Source of the DNA: a virus
Taxonomy: Duplodnaviria; Caudoviricetes
Length of the DNA stretch: 64,000 bases
Virus record (IMG/VR): IMGVR_UViG_3300025389_000014
Coordinates: 32,001-96,000 of that record
Direction: 5' to 3' (one strand)
Shown: positions 1-12,800 of the stretch, piece after piece
Position numbering within the stretch: the stretch's first letter is position 1
How the letters are laid out: each line of letters begins with the position of its first letter
The notes under the pieces: generated by a model
What the model saw: only the letters and a program-made list of their open reading frames with translations
What the model was told of the DNA's origin: nothing
The model's database searches: none
Program-made: the position numbers and the translations under genes

Positions 1-569
1 TTCACAGCAGTTCCTATTATGGTGCTATTCGATCCAGTCTGTGCAGGCACTCCATTGGTTGGATAACTTGATGATCCACTTCCACCTGCACCTACTGTTA
101 CTGTGTAAGTGACTCCTGCAGATAAAGATACTGTTCCAGTGAGCATACCACCGGCTCCTCCACCCCCACCACTATCATAACCGCCCCCACCACCTCCGGC
201 TACTACCAGATAGGCCACAGTAACAGCAGAACTGGCTGTAAAGTAACTGGTACCTGTGGCTGTAAATATGTGTACTACTGAGGTTCCGCTGAATAGGCCA
301 GTTGCAGTTGTATAGAATGTGCCTCCTGTACCTGTGATCACTGTAACTGAAGGTCTCTGAGCCGTGGTACCTTGAGGTAACTGTAGGAATCCTGTTGAGA
401 CAGTGGGTTGATTAGCTAGTGCACCAATGACCAAACTTGTAGTTGTGTTGATAGTAGGACTAGATCCTGTGGCTATCCAACGCTGTTTTGTAGAGTTATA
501 AGCATAGACACTGGAACCGATTTCGAACAGCTGGCCGTTTACTGGATTTGCGGGGAATTGTATTGACAT
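1..569 (-). CDS. Glycine-rich virion/fibre protein, 3' part runs off the left edge of the window (not in ORF track)
   Basis: ATG at 569 with SD GGAGGA at 579-584. Manual translation gives MSIQFPANPVNGQLFEIGSSVYAYNSTKQRW...LQLPQGTTAQRP...VAYLVVAGGGGGGYDSGGGGGAGGMLTG...YTVTVGAGG, a typical glycine-rich phage fibre module. The frame is open to position 1. Confidence 0.8.
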   Translation of the reverse strand, partial: MSIQFPANPVNGQLFEIGSSVYAYNSTKQRWIATGSSPTINTTTSLVIGALANQPTVSTGFLQLPQGTTAQRPSVTVITGTGGTFYTTATGLFSGTSVVHIFTATGTSYFTASSAVTVAYLVVAGGGGGGYDSGGGGGAGGMLTGTVSLSAGVTYTVTVGAGGSGSSSYPTNGVPAQTGSNSTIIGTAV

Positions 570-589
570 AGTGGCCTATCCTCCGCTAG

Positions 590-3500
590 TTAGGCCTGAG
601 GCTCCGCCCAACGCAGGACCAACTGTGTATTGATCGGTGTTCCCTGTGTGAGGTAGACATTGATAAACAGAGTATCTGGACCATTGGGATACGTTCCTCT
701 ACCACCTAATGGCGTGTTGGTCATTTCTTTCAACGGTGTCAGATCTAGTGAGTCTTTGTTGCTGGGTGATGATATGAATGAGAATATGGTCTCACCAGGC
801 TGTGCCCAGGTGTTACGATAGAAGGTCAGTGTGGCACCGTTTGATATGCTAGAAATAGTAGCATTATTCAGTGTGATGGTGCCTGCTCCTATGCTGGTCA
901 CGATAGAATTTCCAGCGAAGTAGCTGTTACCTTGGGCAGTGACTCCTGGTATAGTCACAGCATCACCTGCCTGTATACTGGCGGTTGAGGCCACAGGTAT
1001 CACAAATGTACCTGAACTGATGTTGTTGGCAGCTGTAGTAGTATATGTAGCGGTACTGTCAAACTTGATATTGCCAGTCGGGGCTACCTGTGCGAAACTA
1101 GGCTGACCTGATCCCAGCGGATTACCTGCGGCGATGGTTCCCTGTAGATTGTACCAGGTGATGTTAGTCACGGTTGAGGGGAAGTTTGAGGGATTGATAA
1201 CACCTTCGATCACCAGAGCAGTGTTGACGTTTGAGCTGCCACCTGCTGTGATCTCCAAGGCCTGTAGTTTCATCTGCGCACGATTTACCAGATCACGAAT
1301 ACCCAGGTCACCTGAGATAGCGTTACTGACGCTAGGTGCCAGACGGATGGCAAAAGCTGTGGTCTTAACTGTAGAGATGTTGACATTGATGGCCTGATAG
1401 TTGAAGATATAGCCCACGTCATCGTTAAATCCGCCGTCTGTCATAAAAGCTGATCCCCAGTGGCTAAGACTCGGAGTCGCCGTAACACCGATTGATATTA
1501 CTCCAGTTCCAGTAGAATGAGTAGCGGTTGATCCTGCTGTTAGAACCCTCGGCGCACCTGCATAGAAATAGCTCAATGTGCCAGCACGTGTCAATCCTGT
1601 GAGCGTTCCTGGGAATGTAGGACGACCTAGGTAATCGATCGTAGGCTGATTACTAGTTAAAGTTTTACCAGTATAGTTGATTATCTCATTGTCTACGTAG
1701 ACAGTACCTGATGATGCGAAATAGGTGACATCTGTCAGGGTCATCACTGTGTCTGTGGTTCCCATTGCTACTGCTAGTGGAGCATGGAATCCTTCGTTTT
1801 GCACTTCATAGCGAACAGGCATGTTTCCTGAACGCTGATAAGCTTCGTAGTTGATGTTTGAATTCTTCATACGATGCACAGTGATATAGTTGCCCTGTGG
1901 TCCGCGTAGCATCCAATCGATAAATCCAGCACCATACCAGGTCCACTGCAATCCAATCATCTGCATCTTGTACTGTAACAGTTGATATCCGCTGGGATTA
2001 AATGGTCCGTTTGAGCCATCACAGCGATCCATGTTCCATAAGAACTGTGGAACGATAAAATCTATAGTCTTGGTCAGTTTAGCACTATTGGTAGTAGTAG
2101 AACCACGATATGGAGGTGTCACATATATCCAGGTTGAACTAGATATTGCTGTAACCACGTGTGTCATACCGCGTGCTACTATGCGATCTCCGGCAGTCAA
2201 CTGCGTGTCAAAACGTGTGTTAACCCCAGTTATTAGATTGCTACCAGGAGTCAACGTGGCTAATCCTGCGATCTGGAAAGTGCTGGCACGGCGTCCTATG
2301 GCCATATACTGACCATCATACTGCCAGAACATGCCATTCTGATCATCATAAGTTCCTGCACGCACAGTAGCACCAGTCCAGTTGACATGGTTTAGTGTGC
2401 TGGGATCAGTCAACCCTGGGGTAGTAGTACTTAAGACCTGTGTAGCTGTTACTATGATCTGTCGCTCGCTGACCACGCTGGCCACTGTATAGGTGCCTGC
2501 ATAGCCTGTGGCACCACTAATACCGTTAAGCTGGATCACACTACCGGCCTGTAGTCCATGATCGATGTCGTCTGTGGTTATGTAGATAGAGCTGCCTGTA
2601 GTGACGTTAGTCGCTGTGACCAGCTGTAGATTATAGCTAGGAGCGAATTGAGCACCTGTGTTGTAGTTTACCGCCTTACCAGACTGATAACGAATATATT
2701 TTTTACTCTGGCGGATAGCATGAGATCCATAGTTAGGACCACCTGCACCCAACATAACACCACCGTCCAGAGGTCTGTGCTGGAAAAATGAATCTGGGCG
2801 AGCATAGATCACACCTGTCGGAGTACCTGTTATAGTGCCTACGTTACGAGCGAGGAATGACAAGGTGGTCGGGCTAGGTATTGAAGTGATCAGGAAAGGT
2901 CCCTGTACCAATATGTGATTATTAGAGCCATTATCTGAGTTGACTATGCTGAATATGCTGTCACCAGGAACAAATCCATGATTTGTAGCAAAGGTCAAGG
3001 TCACAGAAGCTGTGCTGGTGGCGCCACCTCCTGTTATAGCATAGGTAGGTGTCTGCTGAGCGTTGGTATAGAAACCACCTTTGCGGACCACTGTAGATGG
3101 TGTGCTGATCTGCTGACTGCTGGTGGTGCCCACTGATGCCTTGGCATAGTAGTTGAAGGTAGTGGCATTGGTTACAGAATTTACCACGAAAATACCCTGG
3201 GCACGTGAATAACCAGGTACTGTATTGTCTAGGTTCTGCACGGTAATAGGCTGTCCCACTGCGAGCAGATGATTGTTCACCGTCTGCACAGTGATAAGAC
3301 TTTCTACACTGACCCCTTGAGCGTTTGATGCATCTGTGGTCATGCTGGACAGAGTCTGATCTGAGCCAGGAAGTTCATAAACAGATGGAGTGCCACGAAC
3401 TAGGCTTATGGTCTGCCATTTAGTTGGCTGCATACCGTATTCGAAGTCCGAGTCAATCATGGAGCTAGGTTGTGCTACACGAGTGCGTTCGAAGGCGTCT

Positions 3501-3838
3501 GTGCCCATGGGCCATGGTCGAGTCCAGGTTTCCATGCGTTCTATAAAGATCTGTATATTGTCTGTGGCAGATTGCCCCAGGGTACTGATTCCAAAATTTA
3601 CTGTGGTTGTGCCATCTTCCATCATGGATACAGTAGGGAAGTTGACGGTATTACCACGATTGAACGTTACCGTGGTGTTGACATAGGTATTATCAGCAAA
3701 ATTATAAAGTATTTGGTTACGTGTGACGTTGGTGATGATGGTAATCTGATTTAGATCCCATTTTCCAGGGAATTCTATAGTTCCTACACCGGCAGCACCG
3801 GGGGTGAACACATATTGTCTAATCTGTTGCTTGGCCAT
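590..3838 (-). CDS. Large virion structural protein (1082 aa), probably tail/fibre-associated
   Basis: Long ORF with SD AAGGA. It has the DAFERTRV...DSDFEYGMQPTKW motif and several T...HG[LF]..G..I small beta-domain repeats of the kind seen in T4-like structural proteins. It lies within the fibre gene block. Confidence 0.7.
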   Translation of the reverse strand: MAKQQIRQYVFTPGAAGVGTIEFPGKWDLNQITIITNVTRNQILYNFADNTYVNTTVTFNRGNTVNFPTVSMMEDGTTTVNFGISTLGQSATDNIQIFIERMETWTRPWPMGTDAFERTRVAQPSSMIDSDFEYGMQPTKWQTISLVRGTPSVYELPGSDQTLSSMTTDASNAQGVSVESLITVQTVNNHLLAVGQPITVQNLDNTVPGYSRAQGIFVVNSVTNATTFNYYAKASVGTTSSQQISTPSTVVRKGGFYTNAQQTPTYAITGGGATSTASVTLTFATNHGFVPGDSIFSIVNSDNGSNNHILVQGPFLITSIPSPTTLSFLARNVGTITGTPTGVIYARPDSFFQHRPLDGGVMLGAGGPNYGSHAIRQSKKYIRYQSGKAVNYNTGAQFAPSYNLQLVTATNVTTGSSIYITTDDIDHGLQAGSVIQLNGISGATGYAGTYTVASVVSERQIIVTATQVLSTTTPGLTDPSTLNHVNWTGATVRAGTYDDQNGMFWQYDGQYMAIGRRASTFQIAGLATLTPGSNLITGVNTRFDTQLTAGDRIVARGMTHVVTAISSSTWIYVTPPYRGSTTTNSAKLTKTIDFIVPQFLWNMDRCDGSNGPFNPSGYQLLQYKMQMIGLQWTWYGAGFIDWMLRGPQGNYITVHRMKNSNINYEAYQRSGNMPVRYEVQNEGFHAPLAVAMGTTDTVMTLTDVTYFASSGTVYVDNEIINYTGKTLTSNQPTIDYLGRPTFPGTLTGLTRAGTLSYFYAGAPRVLTAGSTATHSTGTGVISIGVTATPSLSHWGSAFMTDGGFNDDVGYIFNYQAINVNISTVKTTAFAIRLAPSVSNAISGDLGIRDLVNRAQMKLQALEITAGGSSNVNTALVIEGVINPSNFPSTVTNITWYNLQGTIAAGNPLGSGQPSFAQVAPTGNIKFDSTATYTTTAANNISSGTFVIPVASTASIQAGDAVTIPGVTAQGNSYFAGNSIVTSIGAGTITLNNATISSISNGATLTFYRNTWAQPGETIFSFISSPSNKDSLDLTPLKEMTNTPLGGRGTYPNGPDTLFINVYLTQGTPINTQLVLRWAEPQA

Positions 3839-3869
3839 GTCTTTTCCTTATCTTACTCATACTTATCTG

Positions 3870-6800
3870 TTATGCTCCGAATACCACACTCATCGCGACG
3901 CTGAATGCCTTCTGGGCATTTACATTGGTAGCAGGAGCAAACATTCCATAGAATACTCGTACAACATCTCCTGCATTACGAGCGGAATTCAGCACGATAG
4001 TGGTACCATTTGAAGCTGTGTAATCTGAACTGCCTAGGGTGATACCGTTGGCACTGGCTATTATGCTTCCTACTGTGTAGCCGCCCGTCACAGTGAATAT
4101 GCTCTGTCCTTGCGTAGCAGTAAATTCCTGTATAGCGCCCGGTACCAATTGGCTACCATTAGAATAGATGTTGCCGGCATACAAGCTACCACCGATACCT
4201 GCACCGCCTGTTACTACCAGTGCACCACTCTGTGTACCTATGCTGACCGTGCTTGATGTTACCAAATGGACCGGACTAACCAACTGTCCTAGTGCAGGAT
4301 TATAAGTTAGACTACTACCAGCATCTGTGATGACACTGGTAGTACCACTCGTAGTGTTGAGGAATGTTATGTAATATTGTGCGCTGGCACTGCTCGTGTT
4401 TACAATCAAACTGCTAGCTGTGCTGGCAAAAGTAGCGAATGTAGCTGTGGCTACTGCATAGTTGAATATGGTAGCAGTGGTGATGATCTGCGCACCAGCT
4501 ATATATGATGTGTTGGCGATATAAACAGAGCCGCCGATGCCAGCTCCACCTGTGACCTGCAAGGCACCTGTAGTAGTAGAGGTACTAGAAGTTGTATTAG
4601 ATATAACAAAAGTAGCAGTAGTACCTGTGATAACACCACCTGCCGCATAGTTGGCTATAGTGGCTGTAGTGATGACCTGTGCGCCAGCTATGTAAGAAGT
4701 ATTAGCCGCATATATAGCACCACTGATACCAACCCCACCGCCGACGATCAAAGCGCCTGTTAGTGTAGAGGTAGCACTGGTTGTTGCCTGTATGGTCATA
4801 GCGTTGGCTACGACACCGCCATTAAACAAAGTCTGTGATACAGCATCAACCCACTGACCTGAGCCACCACTCACATACCATATGGCTAGATTACCTACCT
4901 GGCTATCCCACCAGAATTGACCAGCTGTAGGATTAGGAGGAGGAGTGTCTGAAATAATAACATTACTGACCAGTGCACCATTGGCATAGATAAGACCGCC
5001 AGCATATATGTTTCCACCTACGCCTAGTCCACCCGCGATCACCAAAGCTCCGGTATTGGTACCGGTTGATGTGGCTGTGCTTACATTGACTTCTCCATTT
5101 ACATATAGAGCTCCGCCGATTCCAACGCCACCGGCAACTACTAGTGCGCCTGTTATGGTACTGGTAGCAGATGTAGCATTAGTTATAGTGAATATGTCTG
5201 GGCTGGTTATCTGCGTCTGAGTGATTGTTGTATAGACTATGTTTAACTGTTGGGCGGTTATAGATCCGCCAACTACTAAATTACCACCTATACCTACTCC
5301 GCCCGCGACTACTAGAGCACCAGTAGTTGTACTAGTGGTGCTGGCTGTGCTGTTTAATATCAAATTGGTCAGCGTTGAGCCAGAATCTACCTGTATACCA
5401 CCGGTGATATAGAAATTAGTTGCGGTTACATTACCGCCTACTACCAATCCACCACCTATACCAACACCACCGGTGACTACCAGAGCACCTGTTGTTGTGC
5501 TTGTGGTACTAGCTGTGCTGTTTAACAATAAATTGGTCAGTGTAGAACCAGCATCTACCTGTATACCACCTGAGATATAGAAGTTGGTCGCAGTTACATT
5601 ACCACCTACAATTAATCCGCCGCCTATACCTACCCCACCGGTGACTACTAGAGCGCCTGTTGTGGTTGAGGTTGTTGACGCAGTATTGGTAAACTGTGTA
5701 ACACCTGTGACTATACCGCCATTAAATTGATATTGTGAAACAGCATCAACCCAAGCACCGGCTGCAGAATAATAGATAGCTAGATTACCAACTTGACTAT
5801 CCCACCATAGAGCACCGTTGGTCGTTGTTGTTGGAGGAGTATCGCTGACTGTGATCGAAGCACTGCCACCACCTCCACCAGTAAACAACACACCATTCTG
5901 ATATAGATTACCACCAAAATTGATATTACCCTGTACACCTAGTCCACCTGCGATGGTCACCGCACCTGTGGTTGTTGAAGTGCTAGAAGTAGTATTGTTA
6001 AACTGTGTGGCATTGGCCACTGCTCCACCAGTAAATGAACTGCTCAATGAAACCCATTGTATACCTGCGCCTGTTGACTGTAGATATTGTCCGTTGGTTC
6101 CTGTTGATCCACCAGCATATATGCCGCCACCTATGGCTAGATTTCCACCTATACCTACTCCACCGGTGACTACTAAAGCCCCTGTTAGAGTCGAAGTTGT
6201 GGTGGCAGTTCCAGCATTGGTCAATACACCTGTGCTAGGATTGTAAGTTAGTTTAGATCCCGCATCACTGACCACATTGATAGTGCCTGTGGTGGTAGAT
6301 ACGAATGTGATATAATATGATTGATTACTGCTGACTGTAGATAATAGTATATTGCTGGCTGTTGTAGCATAGCTAGATGTAGTAGCTGTAGTAGCATAAC
6401 TAGATGTGGTACTGACTCCAGCTGATCCAGTATAACCTATAACACCCTGTGTACCTGTTGATCCAGTATAACCTATCGATCCCTGTGTACCAGTGCTACC
6501 TGTGTAACCGATTGAACCAGTATAACCTATAGATCCCTGCGTACCTGCAGATCCTGTGTAACCAATACTACCGGTGTAACCTATAGATCCCTGTGTACCT
6601 GTAGATCCAGTATAACCAATACTTCCAGTATAACCAATGCTACCAGTGTAACCAACTCCGCCATATAGAGCTATGGTAGCTGTGGTGATGATCTGTGCAC
6701 CGTTGATATATGAAGTGTTAGCGATGTATACTGCACCACCGACACCAACTCCACCGCCCACTATTAAAGCACCTGTTGCGGTACTTGTAGCTGAAGTTGA

Positions 6801-9800
6801 GTTAGAGATGTTTAGAGCGCTAGATATAGTACCGCCGTTGAATATGTTCTGTGTTACTGCATCAACCCAGGCACCGTTATAGTATATCGCCAATGTACCA
6901 ACTTGACTGTCCCACCAGAATTGACCTTGTGCGGCACCGCTAGGTGCTGTATCACTTACGGTAACACTGCTGACCAGTGATCCATTGACAAACAGACCAC
7001 CTGCATTGATAGTGCCTGCAACGCCTAGCCCGCCAGCGATGACCACCGCACCTGTTGTAGTGCTAGTACTTGAAGCTGTTGAACCAACGATTAGATTTCC
7101 ACCTAGCCCAACGCCACCTGCCACAGTCAGTGCTGCCGAGCTGGTACTTGTGGCTAGTGTGGTATTGGTTATAGTGAATATGTCTGGGCTGGTTATCTGT
7201 GTCTGGGTGATCGTAGTATAGACGATGTTTAACTGATTAGCGGTTATAGTTCCGCCAACTACTAAATTACCACCTATTCCAACACCGCCTGCTACAGTCA
7301 GTGCACCAGTAGTTGTTGAGGTACTGGTCGCTGTTCCACTGATAGTTAAATTGGTAAATGTAGATCCTACATCAACCTGTATACCACCAGCATAGATCTG
7401 GCCGCCGGCATAGATATTACCTGCTACTCCGAGACCGCCGGCGATCTGTACCGCGCCTGTATTGGTAGATATAGAACTAGTAGTATTAGATACTATCAAT
7501 GGAGCAGTTATCGTACCACCATTGAATATGTTCTGTGTTACAGCATCTACCCAGGTTCCTGTGTAATAAATCGCCAATGTACCAACCTGGCTGTCCCACC
7601 ATAGAGCACCGTTGGTTGGGTTACTTGGAGCTGTATCACTAATCGTTATAGAAGCTGATCCACCCGCGGCAGCATAGTTGCCTATGGTGGCCGTGGTGAT
7701 TATCTGTGCACCGTTGATATATGATGTATTGCCGATATAGACACTACCACCTACACCAACGCCACCTGCTACAGTCAATGCACCTGTAGTAGTTGAAGTT
7801 GAGCTTGTGGTATTATTGATGCTGAATACGCCGACACCTGGATTGTAAACTAAATTGGTACCCGCATCATTGATTATGCTCAGTGTACCAGTGGTTGTTG
7901 ACACAAATGTCAAGAAATAGTTAGTAGCTGAGCTAGAAGTTGATATTAAGACACTAGTAGCTGTAGTTGAATATTGAGAGAAAGTAGCTGATGTGACCGC
8001 AAAGTTAGCTATGGTAGCAGTGGTTACGATCTGTGCCCCAGCGATATAAGATGTTGTGTTGATATATACTGCGCCACCAATACCGACTCCTCCTGCTACA
8101 ACCAAAGCACCCGTTGTAGTTGATGTTGAGCTTGTGGTATTATTAATGAATACTGTGCTAGTTGTAGTACCAGTAAATGAACCCGATGCACCTTGAGATC
8201 CTACATAACCAATTGATCCTGTATACCCTATAACACCTTGCGTACCTGTAGAACCTGTATACCCAACGCTACCTGTGTAACCAGTGCTGCCGGTATATCC
8301 CGCGCTGCCGGTATATCCCGCGCTGCCAGTATAACCAATACTACCTGTGTAACCAATGCCCCCAAGAGCAGATAATGTAGCGGTAGTAACAATCTGTGCA
8401 CCGGCAATATAAGATGTAGTGTTGATATACATAGCACCACCAACACCTACCCCGCCTGCTACTACTAATGCGCCTGTTGTAGTTGATGTCGACGGTGTTA
8501 CAGATGTAGCAGTAAACGATCCAGCTGTAAATGTACCAATACCAATAATGTTAACAACACCAGTGATATCTCCGCCTGCTCCTGATACTGATAGGCTTGT
8601 AGCAGTTATTACACCGCCTGCAAAGATGCCACCACCTACTCCAATACCGCCTGCTACTGTTAATGCGCCAGTTGTGGTCGAAGTGGTATTGGTAGAGCTA
8701 GTTATTATAACAGTCTGGAATGTACCTGTGGTAGCAGTAAAATCAGTAAAACTTGAACTGGCTGTTAAATTAATTGAACCAGCGACATTAATATTACCAC
8801 CAACCCATAGATCTTTGCCTATACCAGCACCGCCAGTGACGATCAGCGCACCTGTAGTTGTGCTGGTACTAGAACTTGTATTTGTAGTAATGATTTGGAA
8901 AGCTGTAGTTCCAGTAAATGAGCCTTGACTTCCAACGTAGCCAACACTACCAGTGTAACCAACACTTCCCCAATAACCAGTACTACCTGTATAACCTAAT
9001 GGCCCTTGATTACCGGTACTACCTGTAAGTCCCACACTACCGGTATATCCCTGTGATCCTGAATAACCCTGGCTACCTACATAACCAATACTACCATAGT
9101 AACCTTGACTACCGGTGTAACCTATACTACCCCAATATCCAGTTGATCCTGTATAACCTTGACTACCAGTGTAGCCTTGACTTCCATCATACCCTTGGCT
9201 ACCTGTGTATCCGGTACTACCTATATAACCAGTACTGCCGGTATAGCCAGTACTACCTGTATAACCTAATGGCCCTTGATTACCGGTACTACCTGTAAGT
9301 CCCACACTACCGGTATATCCCTGTGATCCATTATAACCAGTGCTGCCGGTATAGCCGGTACTACCTGTATAACCCTGGCTACCTGCGTATCCTTGACTAC
9401 CTGCATAGCCCAGACTGCCGGTATATCCCTGTGAACCATTGTATCCTTGGCTACCTGCATAGCCCTGTGAACCAGTATATCCTTGACTGCCCGCATAACC
9501 TTGACTACCCGTATATCCGAGGTCACCTTGTGATCCAGTATAACCGATATCACCTTGGCTACCTGCGTAACCTTGACTTCCGCCATATCCCTGGCTACCA
9601 GTATAACCACCTGATCCTGTATAACCACCTGATCCAGTGTAACCAATGCTGCCTGTGTAACCAACGCTACCTGTAAATCCAGTACTACCTATATAGCCCA
9701 GACTACCTGTATATCCTTGGCTACCTATATAACCAGTTGATCCTGTGTATCCGATGCTACCGGTATAGCCTAAGCTACCTGTGTAACCGTAGCCGATGCT

Positions 9801-12800
9801 GTTTCCATTGAGATAGATAGCGCCCTGGACCCAGAGGTTGCTACCGATGCCAACACCGCCAGCGACTACCAATGCGCCTGTACCTGTAGATATGCTGGTC
9901 GTGGTGTTAGTGATCGTGAATACATCTGGAGTTGTTATTAAAGTTGTAGTTACGGTAGTGTACTGTATGTCTAATTCTTGGGCGACAATTTTACCACCAA
10001 CATAGAGATCTCCGCCTATGCCTGCACCACCTGTGACCTGTAGGGCTCCTGAATTTGTACCTGTAGATTGCGTAGGATTAGTTGTGATGATCTGTAGATC
10101 TGTAGTACCTGTAAAACTACCAGTACTACCAGTATAGCCAATACTCCCAGTATAGCCCTGTGATCCATCATATCCTTGGCTACCTGTGTATCCCTGTGAT
10201 CCGGTGTAACCTTGGCTACCTGTATAACCTTCGCTTCCTGTGTATCCTAATGATCCAGTGTAACCTAGACTACCTGTGAATCCTGTACTGCCTGTATAAC
10301 CTTGGCTTCCTGTATAACCTAAACTGCCTGTGTAGCCTTGACTACCCACATAGCCTAATGATCCAGTGTAACCTAGGCTACCTGTGAATCCCGTACTGCC
10401 TGTGTAACCCTGACTACCTGCGTAGCCCTGGCTACCTGTATACCCTTGACTTCCTGCGTAACCTTGACTACCTGTATAACCGAGGCTTCCTGTATAGCCT
10501 TGGCTACCTGTATAACCTGTACTACCTGTGTAGCCCTGTGAGCCATCGTAGCCTTGGCTACCTACATAGCCCTGACTACCTACGTATCCTGTGTCGCCTT
10601 GTGATCCGGTATAACCAATGTCACCTTGACTACCTATATAACCTTGGCTTCCTGTGTATCCCAGACTACCTGTGTAGCCTTGACTACCAGTAAATCCAAT
10701 ACTACCTGTATAGCCTCGACTACCGGTATAGCCTTGGCTGCCATCGTAGCCTTGGCTTCCTACATAGCCTAAACTACCGGTATAGCCTTGTGATCCTGTA
10801 TAACCTTGACTACCTGTGTATCCTTGACTGCCCGCATAGCCCTGGCTACCTGTATAACCAGTTGATCCTGTATAACCTAGACTACCTGTATAGCCTTGGC
10901 TTCCATAATATCCTTGACTACCTGTATATCCAATATCGCCTTGTGATCCGGTATAACCAATGTCGCCTTGTGAACCAGTATAACCAATATCACCTTGGCT
11001 ACCAGTATAACCAGTTGATCCAGTGAACCCGATACTACCAGTATATCCTTGGCTACCAGTATATCCCTCACTACCTGTATATCCTGTTGAACCTACATAT
11101 CCGATACTACCTGTGTATCCAGTGCTGCCTGTATAACCGAGGCTGCCTGTGTATCCTTGACTACCAGTATATCCGGTGCTGCCTGTGTATCCTTGGCTAC
11201 CATCGTAACCGATAACACCTTGACTACCTATATAACCTATGACCCCTTGGCTGCCGGTGTATCCTTGACTACCTGTGTATCCCTGACTACCATCATAGCC
11301 TTGGCTACCAGTAAATCCAATACTACCAGTATAGCCCTGACTTCCTGAATAGCCCTGGCTACCAGTAAATCCAATACTACCGGTATAGCCTAGACTACCG
11401 GTGTAGCCTTGACTACCTGTATAGCCCCGACTGCCGGTAAATCCAATACTACCAGTATATCCTTGAGGACCCAGATAGGCCCATTGAGCTATAGTAGCTG
11501 TTGTAACGATTATGGCGCCAGCTATATATGATGTTGTGTTGATATATACTGCGCCACCTACTCCAACACCACCAGCTACTGTCAATGCTCCGGAGTTGAC
11601 ATCTGAGCTAGATGCTGTGCTGGCTAATATGATGTTACCAGTTTTGAATGTGCCGTAGCCTGCTCCATAGAATGTGCCTGTTGAGCTTTCTGCGCCGGTA
11701 TTATACCATTCTAGATATTGGCTGTCATCAGCTAATACCAATGCCGCGTTGCTGTCAGAACCCAGTGTTCTATTGTAGTAGTGGAAACGCAGTCCTACAT
11801 CTTTGCCATCATCAGAAGGCCAAGAACCGTATACACCACCAGGAGGAACGTGTACTTCTAGGATGTTGTCTGTGTAATAGGTATTGGAACTTAATGAGTA
11901 GGTAGCTGTACCGCTGAATGTTACAGGACTGCTGAATGTCACTGGGCCCCAGACCTGCATAGCGCCACCAACATTCAAGTTGCCGCCTATGCCAACACCG
12001 CCGGTTACCTGTAGAGCACCTGTGGTGGAGTTTATTGAATTCGTGCCATTTGTTATAGTAATCAACTGATTAGTTGAACTGCCTCTAGATGTCACACTCT
12101 GTAGTGTGCTGACATCGCTGATAGTAACATTACCAGTGTTGGTATTGACTGAAATATCTGTACCAGCACTGATGTAGAGCACACCGGTATTATTGATACG
12201 AGTATAGTCTGTGGCAGTGGTTAGACTGATACCAGGGCCTGCTTGTAAACTAGCCTGTATAAATGAAACACCACTAGAAGTAGTGATGATATTGGCCTTG
12301 TTGACAAACAGTTCACCACCGACGAACAAATCTCCACCGATGCCAACTCCACCTGCCACTGTGAGTGCTCCGGTATAGGTATTGGTACTGCTGGTCTGAT
12401 TGGTAATTGCGACTCCGCCTACGGTCAATACCTGTAGACTGCTGTCGTAAGTTAGATTGCTATCTGCGTCTAGTGCTGAGTAATTGCCGTCCTTCTGTTC
12501 TGCTAGTGTTACATAATAGGTCTGGGCAGGTATGGAATTGTTGATGGTGATATTCTGTGCATTGGTAGCTGAATTAACTGTGCTGGAAACATTAGCACCA
12601 CCGATGGTGCCATAGATTACACCACCTACATATAGATCTTCGCCGATGCCAACTCCACCTGCTACGGTCAACGCACCGCTATTTGTACCGGCTGAACCGG
12701 TGGCATTGGTGATATTGATAGCGTTGGTTGTAGTATGTCCACGGGCTGTAACAGTCTGTAATGTGCTGGTATTGTTGACTATCACAGCGCCTGTAGTAGT

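Noticed and set aside
6420-11472. Regular 18-bp periodic repeats resembling a CRISPR array or satellite
   Set aside because: They are in-frame collagen codons with synonymous variation. There are no unique spacers and no cas genes.
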